In this document: positions 46,401 to 57,978 of the stretch, one piece after another
Numbering within the stretch: the first letter of the stretch is position 1
Layout of the letters: each line of letters starts with the position of its first letter
Assembly: GCA_949358305.1 (NCBI GenBank)
Contig: OX442314.1
Location: 3,472,001-3,536,000 of the forward strand
Origin: Strigamia acuminata
Lineage: Eukaryota
Length of the DNA stretch: 64,000 nucleotides
Direction of reading: 5' to 3'
Program-made: the position numbers and the translations under genes
The notes under the pieces: model-generated
The model's database searches: none
What the model was told of the DNA's origin: nothing
Seen by the model: only the letters and a program-made list of their open reading frames with translations

Positions 46401-47942
46401 AAAAAATTGGTTAATTTTGTTAAATATTGACGAATTTCGTAATCTTATAATTTTTCATGTTTGTTTGAATTGAAGCGCAGGTCTTTAATAACGCACGGGA
46501 CCATTTATTTTTAAATAGCGCACGGGTGCGCTATTTACAGATAAACGGTATCCTCGATTTGTACACGTGTCTTCGGTGGGACAATTTTAGTTCACGAATA
46601 ACGCGCGCGGGCCTCTGATCGTACACATGAGAAAATTTGTCCCCAGATAGCGTGTGGATGCACTATTTGGAGATATACGGTGTATAATTTCTATTTTTCT
46701 AATTCTAATTCACTCACCGTCCCTGCATCTCCAACGATGGCCTCCATTATTGCCCGCCTCTCTATCAGCCTATCCACCCGCCTCTCCACCACCCTCTCCA
46801 CCAGCCTTTCGTGGTACAACACCACCCTGGACTCGGAGGGTTGAGACTCGCTGAATTCCGTGTCTTGGGATTCCTCCAGCATCGGCTCTGTTGGTTGCGA
46901 TTGCGAGTCGTCCAGAATCGACTCCACTGGACGTCGTCGAGATGTGTCCATTGTGGCCTGATTAAAAACGAGCAAATATAATAAATAAAAAAATAAAAAT
47001 AAAAACAAAAAATAAAAATAAAAATAAAAAAATGAATAAAAATAGAAAAAGAAAAAGAAAAATCAATTAAAAGAAAAAAAAAAATGGGGGGGGGGATGGG
47101 GGGGGGGGGAGGGAAGGGAGTGGACACGTAAAACAAATTGAGACGCGGGGCGTCGAACGACAAAAAATTGGACGCGCGTGTTCGCGTATTTTCGCGCGCA
47201 CAAACATGGGAGAATGGGTCACAATTGCGTCGATCGCGCCAGAACCAGCAACGAAAGCTTATCCTCGCAAAATTAATTTTGATTATGGGCCAATTCTTTC
47301 ACTCACCGCCGTCGACGCTTCCACAGTGACCAACCTCTCGTCCACGTGCGGTTCCGTGTCCTGGAACGATACGAATGTGTATGAATAAATCAGCGTTTAA
47401 AAAATAAATAAATAAAATAAAATAAAACAAAGAAAGTTTAGAAAAATGGAAAATAGCGGGTCCGTACCCCGGACCGTGCCCATTTCCACGCGGATATTAG
47501 AATTTATTCCTATCCCGACGTGGCCCCTCTCCACGGATCTCAGATTTAATTGTCGGAAGAAAAATTTGATCACTACTTTGCAATTGGCATTCGATGCTGT
47601 TAAATGGTTGGAGAATCGGGACCGTTTGTCATTGCTTAAAATTGGCACAGATAAGAGATCGCGCATAAATGGGACAAAAAAATTAAATTTAAAAAAATGA
47701 AATTTTTACACGTGATATGAATCAATTTTTAATGTCCGCGCGGAAATAAATAAATTATTTTCTATTTTTATTTCGCGAATTAGGCAGAAATATTTATTTA
47801 TTTATGTGTTTGTTTATCTATTTTTCATCAATAATAATAATAATAATAATATTGTTAATCGTGAGACAATTTTTCCACTCACCGTCATCGTGGTTGCAAC
47901 TTCGGTTGACCCCTCCTCGGTTTCTAATTTTTCATTTTCCAT
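42447..47942 (-). CDS. 12-exon (~945 aa) paralogue of the 29-32.6 kb zinc-finger gene
   Basis: Exons 47942-47883, 47360-47307, 46957-46718, 46054-45962, 45612-45533, 45461-44789, 44514-44116, 44053-43777, 43670-43519, 43413-42994, 42905-42831 and 42761-42451 are all phase-compatible. Fingers CALC..HWRQHH and CPFC..HWLVKH; LLR..G...QW motif. Confidence 0.75.
45000..45385 (-). repeat. 39-bp coding minisatellite (EKEKAVEETVSET)n
   Basis: Period of 39 bp within exon 6 of the paralogue. Confidence 0.9.
46141..46548. mobile_element. TA-flanked mariner/pogo-type MITE in an intron
   Basis: Left end CAGTATATCTGTGATTA versus right-end reverse complement CCGTTTATCTGTAAATA; TA on both sides. Confidence 0.55.
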
Positions 47943-48857
47943 CTTCCCACCTTCCGTCTCTTTGTTTGCGTCGGATGTCTGTAAGGGAGAGAAAATAAAA
48001 AATAAAAATAAAAATAAAAACATTTTTCGTTTGTGTCGGCATATTCCGCTCTAAACGCGCGATTTGAAAACGACCACAAATCCGTGCTCGACGACGGTGC
48101 GTGGCAACGAGTGGACCAATACGGTATACACGTGTGCATATGAATCGATGAATCGTGTATAAATCAATAAATAAAAAATGTATACATTCGTCTAATTTTA
48201 ATAAACCTCGTTCGCCGTCGATCGGGTAAAAATCATCCACGTTACACCGCAAACGCTCACTCACGTACACTCCCGCGACCAAACACAAAAATCCATGCGC
48301 GTTGTTCGACGACCACATGTGTGCACACGTACGACCACGGACGCGATTCATTGACAAAAATATCGCAAAAATTCGTAAAAGCCGCCCAAATTTACCTGCG
48401 GAGACGCGACCGAGCATAAACTTCCCGCTTCCATTTCCAGTTCATGTATGCTCGCTACCAGTTTGTTGACGCGACACCTGTTGGCGATTCCGCGAATGAT
48501 TTTGATTCAAAGTCTCCGATTTACACCCGTTTTTAAGAGCTACGATGTTTTGGTTTTGGAGTCGGCTATGTGATCGTTTTTTAATTAAAAACGAAACAAT
48601 TTTGGGTCAGACGATAATATTTTGGGCTCCGTTATAATTTCGAGCGCGCGATCGTGAGCGGGGTGCTGTGATGCCCACTTCACTCCAGTCGCGTTTAAAC
48701 AAACCAACAAGTTCGGGTTTCTGTCCCCTTTACTCATTTGTTTATTTTGGAGTTTTTATCGTGGGTCAAAAACGTTGACCAGAGGCGACGTCACATGTAC
48801 AAAAGGGCAATAAAAGTACAAGTTTACTCGAATGGAGAAAACATTGCGTATATATAA

Positions 48858-48895
<38 letters not shown>

Positions 48896-50694
48896 TTATT
48901 TATTTACTGTCTACGCGCGGCCACATAAATAAATTCAATGGGAACCCCGTGGAATCGTGTGTTGCATTCACGCCCAATAGATGGCGTTGTTTATTTATTT
49001 ATTTATTTATTTATTTATTTTAACTAATGCAGGTGTAACATCCGGTTGGTCCGGCGTGCGACGAGAGACTGGGCGGTGTTTAAGTTTGACTGTTTATTAT
49101 CGACGAATAGAGTAAACAATAAGTAAATTCTTCGAAGACGGAGAACATCGGGAGAAGTGGGTAACACTAAAACTCGATTGAAACGGGCAAAAGACGGTAG
49201 AGAGGCGCTAATAAATCCGTTCGAGTGACATCGGGTCGTGAAAACGACCTAACTAGCTTCGATTAACTGGCAGGAACTAATAAACGTTTATTCGAGTCGA
49301 CAGTCTAAACGGGCATAAACTGTCTAAAAGTGATGGTGACGGGAGCAGTTCGGGACGGGAATTGGTAAAACCCGAAAACAGAGAAGACTCGCAACAAAAG
49401 CAATGGCCGCCGTTGGAAACGACGAGAAATAAGCGTCAGCGGATGAAGACAAACTAGGTCGGAGCCCGGGAGGAAAAAAAAGCCGCGAAAACAAGCACAA
49501 CAGGTGAGTAAAATTCGGATGCCTGAGTTCAAATAAATCCCGGGGAAATAAACTGAAGAGTGTACGTTTTTTCTAGGACAATAATGCGGGTCCATCGGGG
49601 AGAGAATAGGACGCACCGCGGTCCTCTCACAACTATATTGGAAATAGAAAGGGACAACGAGGACGCATTTGTCGACAACGAAGCGACAGAGAGTGGAAAA
49701 TAGGAAAGGAAGGGCAATTAGATGAGTTCTTTTTACATCACATACTTCTGACAGCGTATTAAAAAACAGATTGTTCTCATTTTTGCAGGAAACACGATGC
49801 GCAGACGGTTTGCTACGTGTCATTCTCGGTTGCTCGCGACAGGTGCCACACGGAGTCCTCGCGTCGTTCTTGCGTGTTGACACACATACATACTCGCGCG
49901 CGCATACACACAAGGCCATTCGAATCGATGTTACAGAATCTGGAAGAAATTTAACGAATTTGCGTGCATTGTTTTTCGCACAACGTTGCTGAAGGACCGT
50001 TCATCCATCGAAATTACGGGTGCATGTAGAAAAAAACTGATTTATGACTTTATTTCTATTTTTCATACAGGTTAACGATGTTAAACCGAGTGAAATAATG
50101 CGGATCGAATCTTTTTAATACGAGTTGATTTATTTGGTTTGAACGAATTGAATTAATTTATCTTGAATTTCAGGTGGAAGAAAAACAAGTGACCGACTAG
50201 ATATAAAATCGAGTGTTTCGCGACACCTGGAACGAAACGAGTTGTTGGATGGGTGAAATATGATCAGAAAATGTATAAATATTTGAATTTTAACCAGACG
50301 TTTTATGATTGCAGGATTTTGTTAAACTGATTGATTAATTGCAACCTAGACGTGGCGTGTTGCCTCCTAGTGGACGATGGTATCAGCTCCTGGTGCGTCA
50401 ACAAGAAGGACGTGCAGTCTGTGTCTCCTCTACGACGACACCGAGTCTGGTCGCTCGAAATGCTCCGTTGCGATGCCGGGCAATGGGCCGCTCAGCACGT
50501 ACACGCTCGTCGACGGCGCGCGTCCCATCGCTGCGGACCCGGGGTGCTGCAAGGAGAAGACAGGCAGACGGATAGATGGAATTAATAATTAAATTGAAAA
50601 TTTGATTCAACTTTTGGGGTGACTAAAACTCAAAGACAAAGTTTGTAATTTACTCGCATCGAAAGATAAATTAGTTGTTGTTGTTGTTGTTGTT

Positions 50695-50725
<31 letters not shown>

Positions 50726-50834
50726 CAAAATACTATTTATTAATAAAATGTTACACGATGATTGTTCCACATTGATTATTTGTTGATTATTTGTTTTACA
50801 ATTACACTTTCAATTCTCGGTGAGCAGTTCTTTG

Positions 50835-53100
50835 CGTTCCGACGCGTCGCTATCGAGATTGATGTCGGGTCTCGTTCGATTGGCTGCGTTCAAATCAATC
50901 AAAACTGTGAACACAGGGCCAACGCAAATCGCGAAATCCACACGCCCATCAATCAATCAACCACGGAGTTTAAATAAATGAATAAACAAATAATTTAATA
51001 AATGAACAATGCCGACACCGCGGAAGCATGTTTCCGAACGTTTCGGTGCCGACGCGCATTCGTGAGTAAAGCGCATGTCGACTTACCGGCGAGATCGCGT
51101 CACCCGTTAATAGTACGCGCGTTTGAACGCGGCCTAGTGCGCGACGAGGCGCGCAATGCGGGGTAGAAGAGCGGGCATCGTTTCCACCGCGTATTACGAC
51201 ATTTACGGGGGCGGGTCGCAGGGATAAATTAACACGAGTCGAATCGAATCGAATCAACCCGACAGGAGCTTTTTTTTGGAACAATGTGTCGGGGCTGCCG
51301 GCGCTCGTCCGTCGACACCAGCTGCCCCTATTTGCCGCGAATGCGACCCTTTGCACGACCCTTTGTACCGTGCAAACCGGCACTGGTTTGGCCGATGACA
51401 ACACAGGATAGATTAAAAGTGATGAGACAAATCCACCACCGGAACCCTCCGAATATCCGCGAGGACCCGGAACGGTCTGAAACCGTTTGTTTGTTTGTCT
51501 GTTTGTTTGCAAATCCATCGAACGTAGTGACGAAAACTCACTTCTCCTACGCTGGCGCGTCGAGTACAATGGGGTGAAAATAAAATCGTAAACCAATAGA
51601 GGCGTTCGTGGCCTCGTTTCGTGCAACACTTGTCACCGATTTCTATTCTTTTATTTAACTCGACACGATCGTTTGCGCGCGGGATTTGACGCCCGTTCGC
51701 GTAATCCGCGTCCTTTAATGGACGCCAAAAATGTTTGTTGCGACGGTAGCGCGTTCTGGCGGCAATTTAGCGCAATGAAGCGCGATCACGGCGGACCAGA
51801 GAGAGAGAGAAAGAGAAATCGACACGACTCGACGGGAACTTATTTTTGGAACAAATTTATTGGGGGCTGCCGTCACCAGCTGCCCCGTATGCCCGTATGC
51901 CGATGCAATAGAGAAAACACTTTTTACAACGCATAAATGACATCTACTCCACCACGAACACCCCGAGGGTATTGAGACACGAAAAGGACGAAACAGGTCC
52001 GTTTAAGCGCTCAGCGCTTGATGGCTCCTTGTTCGAAACAAGTGTGTCTGGTCTGGGTTTGAAAATGTCCGCAGAGTCGGTCGAATCCAACGACAACAAC
52101 TGCGTCGCCGGGGATGGTGCGAGGCGTCCGGAAGCCAGTTCTAAAATGTAAAATGTAATTTGTTTTCAATTTTTTTGTTGGGATCGACCCCAACGAAGAT
52201 AATCTCATTAAACAATGGAGCACGAACCGCGAAACTGATCCCATGATCGGGAAATCGAACTCCAGTCGTCCGCCCATCGTCGATCGCCAGGTATCTTTAA
52301 GCGATAAACATGTCGCGCCTCGAGAGTTCGTGGATCTGATCTGACTTAATCTGACCTGGATCGAACCCGAATTTGAATCTTAATTTTACGTATTTTTTAG
52401 CGTTTCAACATTACGTCAGTTTCCTTTTATTCAACAATTATACTTTTAATTTTCGTCGATAGTTATTTGCATTCCGACGCGTTGCTATCGAATTTGACGT
52501 CGGGTCTCGGTCGATTGGCTGCGTTCAAGTCAGAATTGCGAACACGGGACCAATACACAGGCCGCCGTAACGCTAAAAATGAGGGACCTTTCCGCAATTT
52601 GCACACCACGAGGTCCGAATAGATGAATTAATAAATAAGTAAACGAATAAACAAATAAATAAACAATGCCGACGCCGTAGAAACGTGTAGAAGCGTGTTT
52701 CTGGACGTTTCAGTGCCGGTGCGCATCCGTGAGTAAAGTGTGCGTCGATTTAGCGGCGTGATCGCGTCACCCTTAATTGTACGCGCGTTTAAATGCGATC
52801 TAATGCGCGATGAGGCGCGCAATACGGGGTAGAAGAGCGGGGCATTGTTTCAACCGCGTAGATCGCAGAGATAAATTAACACGATACGAATCGAATCGAA
52901 TCAACTCGACAGGAGCTTTATTTGAAACAATGTGTCGGGGCTGCCGGCGCTCGTCGGCGCCAACTGCCCCTATTTGTCGCGAACGCGACCCTCCGACCAT
53001 TCGCGTCTGGCCAGTGACGACGCAGAATAAAACGAGCGCAATCAAACCGATGCCACACACCGGAACCCTCCGGATATCCGCGAGGGCCCGGAACGCTCTG
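50835..53100. repeat. Diverged direct duplication (~50835-51480 vs ~52470-53100), with a partial third copy at ~51820-51890
   Basis: Colinear shared blocks, e.g. CCGACGCGT.GCTATCGA, GATTGGCTGCGTTCAA, ATGTGTCGGGGCTGCCGGCGCTCGTC and CACCGGAACCCTCCG.ATATCCGCGAGG. Confidence 0.8.
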
Positions 53101-53468
53101 AGAATGTTCGCAAAGTCCGGTCGAGCGCAATCTCAAAAACTCGCGTCGATTACATGGTGCGAGACAACCGGAAAAGAAAAAAAAATATATAAAACGGCGG
53201 ATTTTCCACAAAATCTTTGTTCCAGTAGGTCGCTGCGAGGATAATCTAATTATTGGTCGGAACACAAATCGCGGAACCGACTCCAAGATCAGGAAATTAA
53301 ACTTTGATCGTTTTCCCTATTATGCACATTTTTTGTTCCGAGTGGCAATGTCCGGTACGCGCGCGTACGTCCCCTCCCTCTTTCTACCCGGACACCGAGA
53401 CCCGGTGGACGATAGGTTGTGTGGACACTCGGATATTCGGGGTTCGGTCCTTTGCATTTATTCATAAT

Positions 53469-53668
53469 NNNNNNNNNNNNNNNNNNNNNNNNNNNNNNNN
53501 NNNNNNNNNNNNNNNNNNNNNNNNNNNNNNNNNNNNNNNNNNNNNNNNNNNNNNNNNNNNNNNNNNNNNNNNNNNNNNNNNNNNNNNNNNNNNNNNNNNN
53601 NNNNNNNNNNNNNNNNNNNNNNNNNNNNNNNNNNNNNNNNNNNNNNNNNNNNNNNNNNNNNNNNNNNN
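53469..53668. other. Scaffold gap (200 N)
   Basis: Run of N; true distance and adjacency are unknown. Confidence 1.
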
Positions 53669-54708
53669 AAGATCTGGAGATTTCACGTTGTTTATCTTCT
53701 GAAAGAGAGAAAAGGCTTTTTAATTTTGTTGTCAAGTTTGAATAAATTTGTAACACATATCTGACATGTCCAGTTGGTTTGCTGCCTTGTTGTCACGATC
53801 CTGGAAGTTCAAGGGGGTTGTCACTTCGCCTGCCACACCTGGAATGTTTGAAAGTTGTGTTTTTAGTCTTTTGGAATTAATTTATGTGTCTTTATACCGT
53901 TTCCGGTTCACTTGTGAGAGAGATAGGCGTGCATAAGCAAGATGGCCGCCATAGCACAACTGAACTGGGAGGCAGGATTAACTGAAATTAATCATTATTG
54001 TTATTTTGATGCTTGTTTCATAGATATTTAGATTTGTACTAACCTTTGCTTGATGTTTTAGTGTGCTGATGTTCATCAGAGACGTGGGACGGCAAGAAAC
54101 GAGCGTTTTTGGGCGTCCTTGGCATTTGGATACACATGAGCGCATTGGGATCGTGTCTGGGAGAGAAAGCGACTGGTGTTGTAGTAAAATATGAGATCTA
54201 TGAATACGCATTTAAGATGCAATTCTTGATTTCTACCTCAAGGAGGGATTTAAAGGGATGAAGGAGGAAATCACCCGAGGCAAGGCCATGGGAAAGTGCA
54301 TTAAATTATTCTGCTGTTTGAATTAAAGAGTTTTAAAAGGAAGTAGGTCATTGACTTCACCTGCTTCTATCACAACTGGTTTTTTTGGAACGTTTCATTT
54401 TACTGGAGGGAAAATGAATAAATGACGTGATTTGTTTACATGTACTTTGTTGGCAAAATCACACATATTAACCATTTTTAGGAAAGTGGGAGGTAATTAA
54501 AGTGAAAGTGGGGGTAAATCGTATGGACTTCCAATGACAGTGGGCAACATTTGCCATTGTTTAAAGTTTTCTGAGGGTATTGGAAGTGGGGGTTACGGCA
54601 AAATTAAAAGTGGGGGTAATTTTAAACGGTTTGTCTCGAGATGGTGAGTCGAATGCTATATTGCACGTATGGGTCAGGGTGTTTGATCACATGTTGAATC
54701 TGCACTTG

Positions 54709-55125
54709 GTGAAATTTTGGCTATGTCCAACACGCTTCATTGGTGAAATTTTGGCTATGTCCAACACGCTTTGTTGGTGAAATTTGGCTATGTCCAACAC
54801 GCTTCGTTGGTGATATTTTGACTATGTTCCACAAGCTTGGTTTGATATTTCGGCTATGTTCCACAAGCTTGGTTTGATATTTCGGCTATGTTCCACAAGC
54901 TTGGTTTGATATTTCGGCTATGTTCCACAAGCTTGGTTTGATATTTTGACTATGTGCCACAAGCTTGGTTTGATATTTCGGCTATGTTCCACAAGCTTGG
55001 TTTGATATTTTGACTATGTCCATCACGCTTGGTTCGATATTTTGACTAAGTTCCACAAGCTTGGTTTGATATTCCGGCTATGTCCATCACGCTTGGTTCG
55101 ATATTTTGACTAAGTTCCACAAGCT
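54709..55125. repeat. 32-34-bp minisatellite (~13 copies)
   Basis: Unit GATATTTCGGCTATGTTCCACAAGCTTGGTTT (54844 to 54876). Confidence 0.93.
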
Positions 55126-55200
55126 TCTATATTTATATTTGTACTTATTTCTTATTTCATGTATTTATATTTGCAATTATTTCTTATTTTAATTAAAATT

Positions 55201-55392
55201 CAATTCATTTGTAAATAAATGTATTAAGATTTTTTAATAAAAAAGTCAATTGAAATGTTTAATAGGAAATGTAAAATGTCTAATTCATTTCATTTACAAA
55301 TAAATGTATTAAGAATTTTTACATTTCCTATTAAACATTTCAATTGACTTTTTTATTAAAAAATCTTAATACATTTATCTGCAAATAAATTG
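55201..55392. repeat. AT-rich hairpin, ~62-bp perfect arms, ~40-nt loop
   Basis: ~55215-55276 is the reverse complement of ~55317-55378; pairing extends further with mismatches. Confidence 0.9.
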
Positions 55393-56174
55393 AATTATCT
55401 TTATTTGACCTAAAAACAATTTCATTTTAAATAAAAATTCAATTGCCCCTGGGGAAATTTTTTTTATTCACAAATGAAATGTGACCTAGTTGAAAGACCA
55501 GTTTAATTGCAAAAGAGTTGAAATGTATTAACACAATTTAAAATGAGAATTCGTTTGATTTTTTTGTCCTGTGTGTTGTTATTAATTCCTTATTTTAATT
55601 CTATTTACAAAAAAAAATAAAACTTATTTTTAAATAAGAAAAAGTTAATTGAAAGAAAGTTTTTATTTGTTAATAGATATTAAAGTTGGAATTTATTAAA
55701 CCAATTTAAAAATGAAATGGAATTAGAATTAAAACTATCCATTAGAAAAAATCAAATGAATTCTCATTTGATTCTTTTTAATTCCATTTTAACTTTTATA
55801 ATTAATAATTTTCATTTACAAATGAAAATTTTATTCCTTCTAAGTAATGGAACTTTCCAAAACCAGCTGTGTTAAAAGTAAGCCATGTGACAGCATGTAA
55901 TATATCTTGTAGGAAAAACGGATATGTGATCAAACAAACAAATTGATAAACATTTATCAAAACAAAAAAAAACAAAAAAAAAATGTTAAACAGTCGAATG
56001 AAAATATTTTTTTCCTCACCAGCAATTAAATTTCCCCCCCCCCCGAAGGCTTTTGCTCTTTAAAAACAAAAATAGCCTTTAGAGATTTTTTTTTAATGAG
56101 TCAGAAAAACAGGTTTTCAAAGTGACTCAATCAGAAATAAATGAATAATAAATTGTAAAGAAAAATAATTTTAT

Positions 56175-56351
56175 TCAGCTTTTAATTAAAAATTCTTTTA
56201 CACATTTTATTTGTTTTTCAAAATTTTTTTTTACATTGACAAACGAGTTAGCAGAACAGGGGGCACTGCAATGATTACATACGTCACAATTAAACAAGAC
56301 ACTGTTAAATGAATGGCGTAAGAATGCTCTAGTATGTTCATAAAACTCCAT
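56175..56351 (-). CDS. Small Cys-containing hypothetical protein (58 aa; below the ORF-track cutoff)
   Basis: MEFYEHTRAFLRHSFNSVLFNCDVCNHCSAPC...KS*; starts 3 nt after the stop of ORF 56355-56645. Confidence 0.4.
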   Translation of the reverse strand: MEFYEHTRAFLRHSFNSVLFNCDVCNHCSAPCSANSFVNVKKNFEKQIKCVKEFLIKS

Positions 56352-56354
56352 TTT

Positions 56355-56645
56355 TTATAAACATTCATTCTCTTCATCAAAAAAATCTATATCCTTAATT
56401 TTCTTGCCCGGAATAATTTGATACAACTGCCTTATGTGTACTCTTGTTTCTGAGTTGAGAGAATCATGTATTATTCTTGCTCTTTTTATTATTTTGCTTA
56501 GTTCAGGAAATTGTCCATCAATGCGAAATACAAATGCAAAATTATTTATATCTGTAATTTCAGCCCCCCATCTACTTATAAGTTCAAAGATTATTTGCAG
56601 TAATATTTTCTCACTTTTTTCATAAGTTGCACAAAAAAATTCCAT
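56355..56645 (-). CDS. Hypothetical protein (96 aa)
   Basis: ATG-started ORF in AT-rich DNA, co-oriented with the Maverick protease. Confidence 0.45.
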   Translation of the reverse strand: MEFFCATYEKSEKILLQIIFELISRWGAEITDINNFAFVFRIDGQFPELSKIIKRARIIHDSLNSETRVHIRQLYQIIPGKKIKDIDFFDEENECL

Positions 56646-57044
56646 GTTATTCAGCTGAGAAATAATTTATTTTTAATTGAAAATTTAATTAAAATGATGT
56701 TTACATACTATATTTTTAATTTATTTTTAATTGAAAATTTATTTAAAAGCAATTTTATTTATATTTTTTAAAATTTATTTATTTATTATGCATTTGCCGG
56801 ATGAGTCACGCTGCTTTAATATAATTACATGGTCACGTGTTTTGAATTAAATCAGGTGTTTATTCACATATTCATTTTTATTTCCAGATTTAATATGTGA
56901 AATATAATTTGTAATTACACCCAATTAATCAAAAGACTATTTCCTTATTCAGAGAAAAAACAGTAAAATTAACAATATAAATATTATTTTAAAAACTTGT
57001 GATAATTAATTACATAATGCCGCATTATATATATAGAGTAGCAT

Positions 57045-57326
57045 TTAGCCGAATAAATGACTTATTTCAGCCAATTCCTGGATTTCGGCGATAGTTACAT
57101 TGTCGTGTACGTATTTGACGTGTTCAATATTCTCACTGGAAAATCTTCCAAGTTTCTCCACCAGAGTTTGAATCTTGATCTGAAATGCCGGTCGCCACAA
57201 AAGTAACGAATCGGTTCTCTGATCTATTGAGCCACCATAATGGACCAATAAAAATAAGGATAAATGTTTCAAAATTATTTTCTTTTCATCGGTAGTTTTG
57301 TTCTGTTGGAGTTGAAAGAGATACAT
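57045..57326 (-). CDS. Hypothetical protein (93 aa)
   Basis: ATG-started ORF with globular composition, co-oriented with the Maverick protease. Confidence 0.45.
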   Translation of the reverse strand: MYLFQLQQNKTTDEKKIILKHLSLFLLVHYGGSIDQRTDSLLLWRPAFQIKIQTLVEKLGRFSSENIEHVKYVHDNVTIAEIQELAEISHLFG

Positions 57327-57558
57327 TTAATTCTTTTCTTTCTCAAATTGAAGTGAATATAATAATGTTGCTTTTTTATATATAGAAAATTTTTGTTACG
57401 GTTTCATTTTTGATTTGACACGGACTTTAACACATGCCCGTGCTTGTTTGCAGACTTTCCGCAAGGTTTTGTGCGAATCTTTGTTGATTTCAAATTAGGA
57501 TTGTTTTAACTTCTTAAATAATTTCATTTTTTTGAGAAAAATGGAAATTGGGTTTACT

Positions 57559-57978
57559 TTACAACAACTCAAGATTATTCATTCCTCGAATGATTTTAAT
57601 GATTGTATTCTGCCTGAGATTAAGATTGGCTGCTAAATAGAGCGCAAAGAGGCAAAACATCCCGCAAGAATCTTCTTTTGTCAACGAATACATTTCTTTT
57701 GTAGCATAATCTAGGGTAACGTCTCTTCCGACAAAATCAATGATCTCTTTAGGTGGAACGTTTCCCAAATTATCAAAGTATATGCCTCTGTCATTGCAAA
57801 GATACAAGCTGACCCAATGGGTACCACCACCCGTCGATGGGTCTAAATTGATGACGAAGCTTTCATTCTTGCCCCGGTGATTCGCGAGCGGTTTCAAGCA
57901 ATCGATGGGCAACACGTTGTTGAAGTGAGCGATACGTAGTTTATTCTTCGCCCAGTTGTAAATTTCCACGTTATTCAT
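57559..57978 (-). CDS. Adenain-like cysteine protease
   Basis: VINLD..GTHWV (His), YFD (Asp), SCGMFC (Cys); ATGA overlap with the integrase stop. Confidence 0.9.
   Translation of the reverse strand: MNNVEIYNWAKNKLRIAHFNNVLPIDCLKPLANHRGKNESFVINLDPSTGGGTHWVSLYLCNDRGIYFDNLGNVPPKEIIDFVGRDVTLDYATKEMYSLTKEDSCGMFCLFALYLAANLNLRQNTIIKIIRGMNNLELL

Noticed and set aside
49030..50592. Small multi-exon Cys-rich gene
   Set aside because: Splice-like signals are present, but the Cys-rich segment changes frame and no start-to-stop model could be closed.
53289..53756. ORFs spanning the N run, and physical linkage of the gene block with the Maverick
   Set aside because: The ORFs are artefacts of the scaffold gap; adjacency across it cannot be assumed, and base composition changes abruptly.
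53912..53950. Maverick left terminus (AGAGAG...)
   Set aside because: There is no partner TIR in the window to test it; the sequence is equally compatible with a promoter (YY1-like AAGATGGC).
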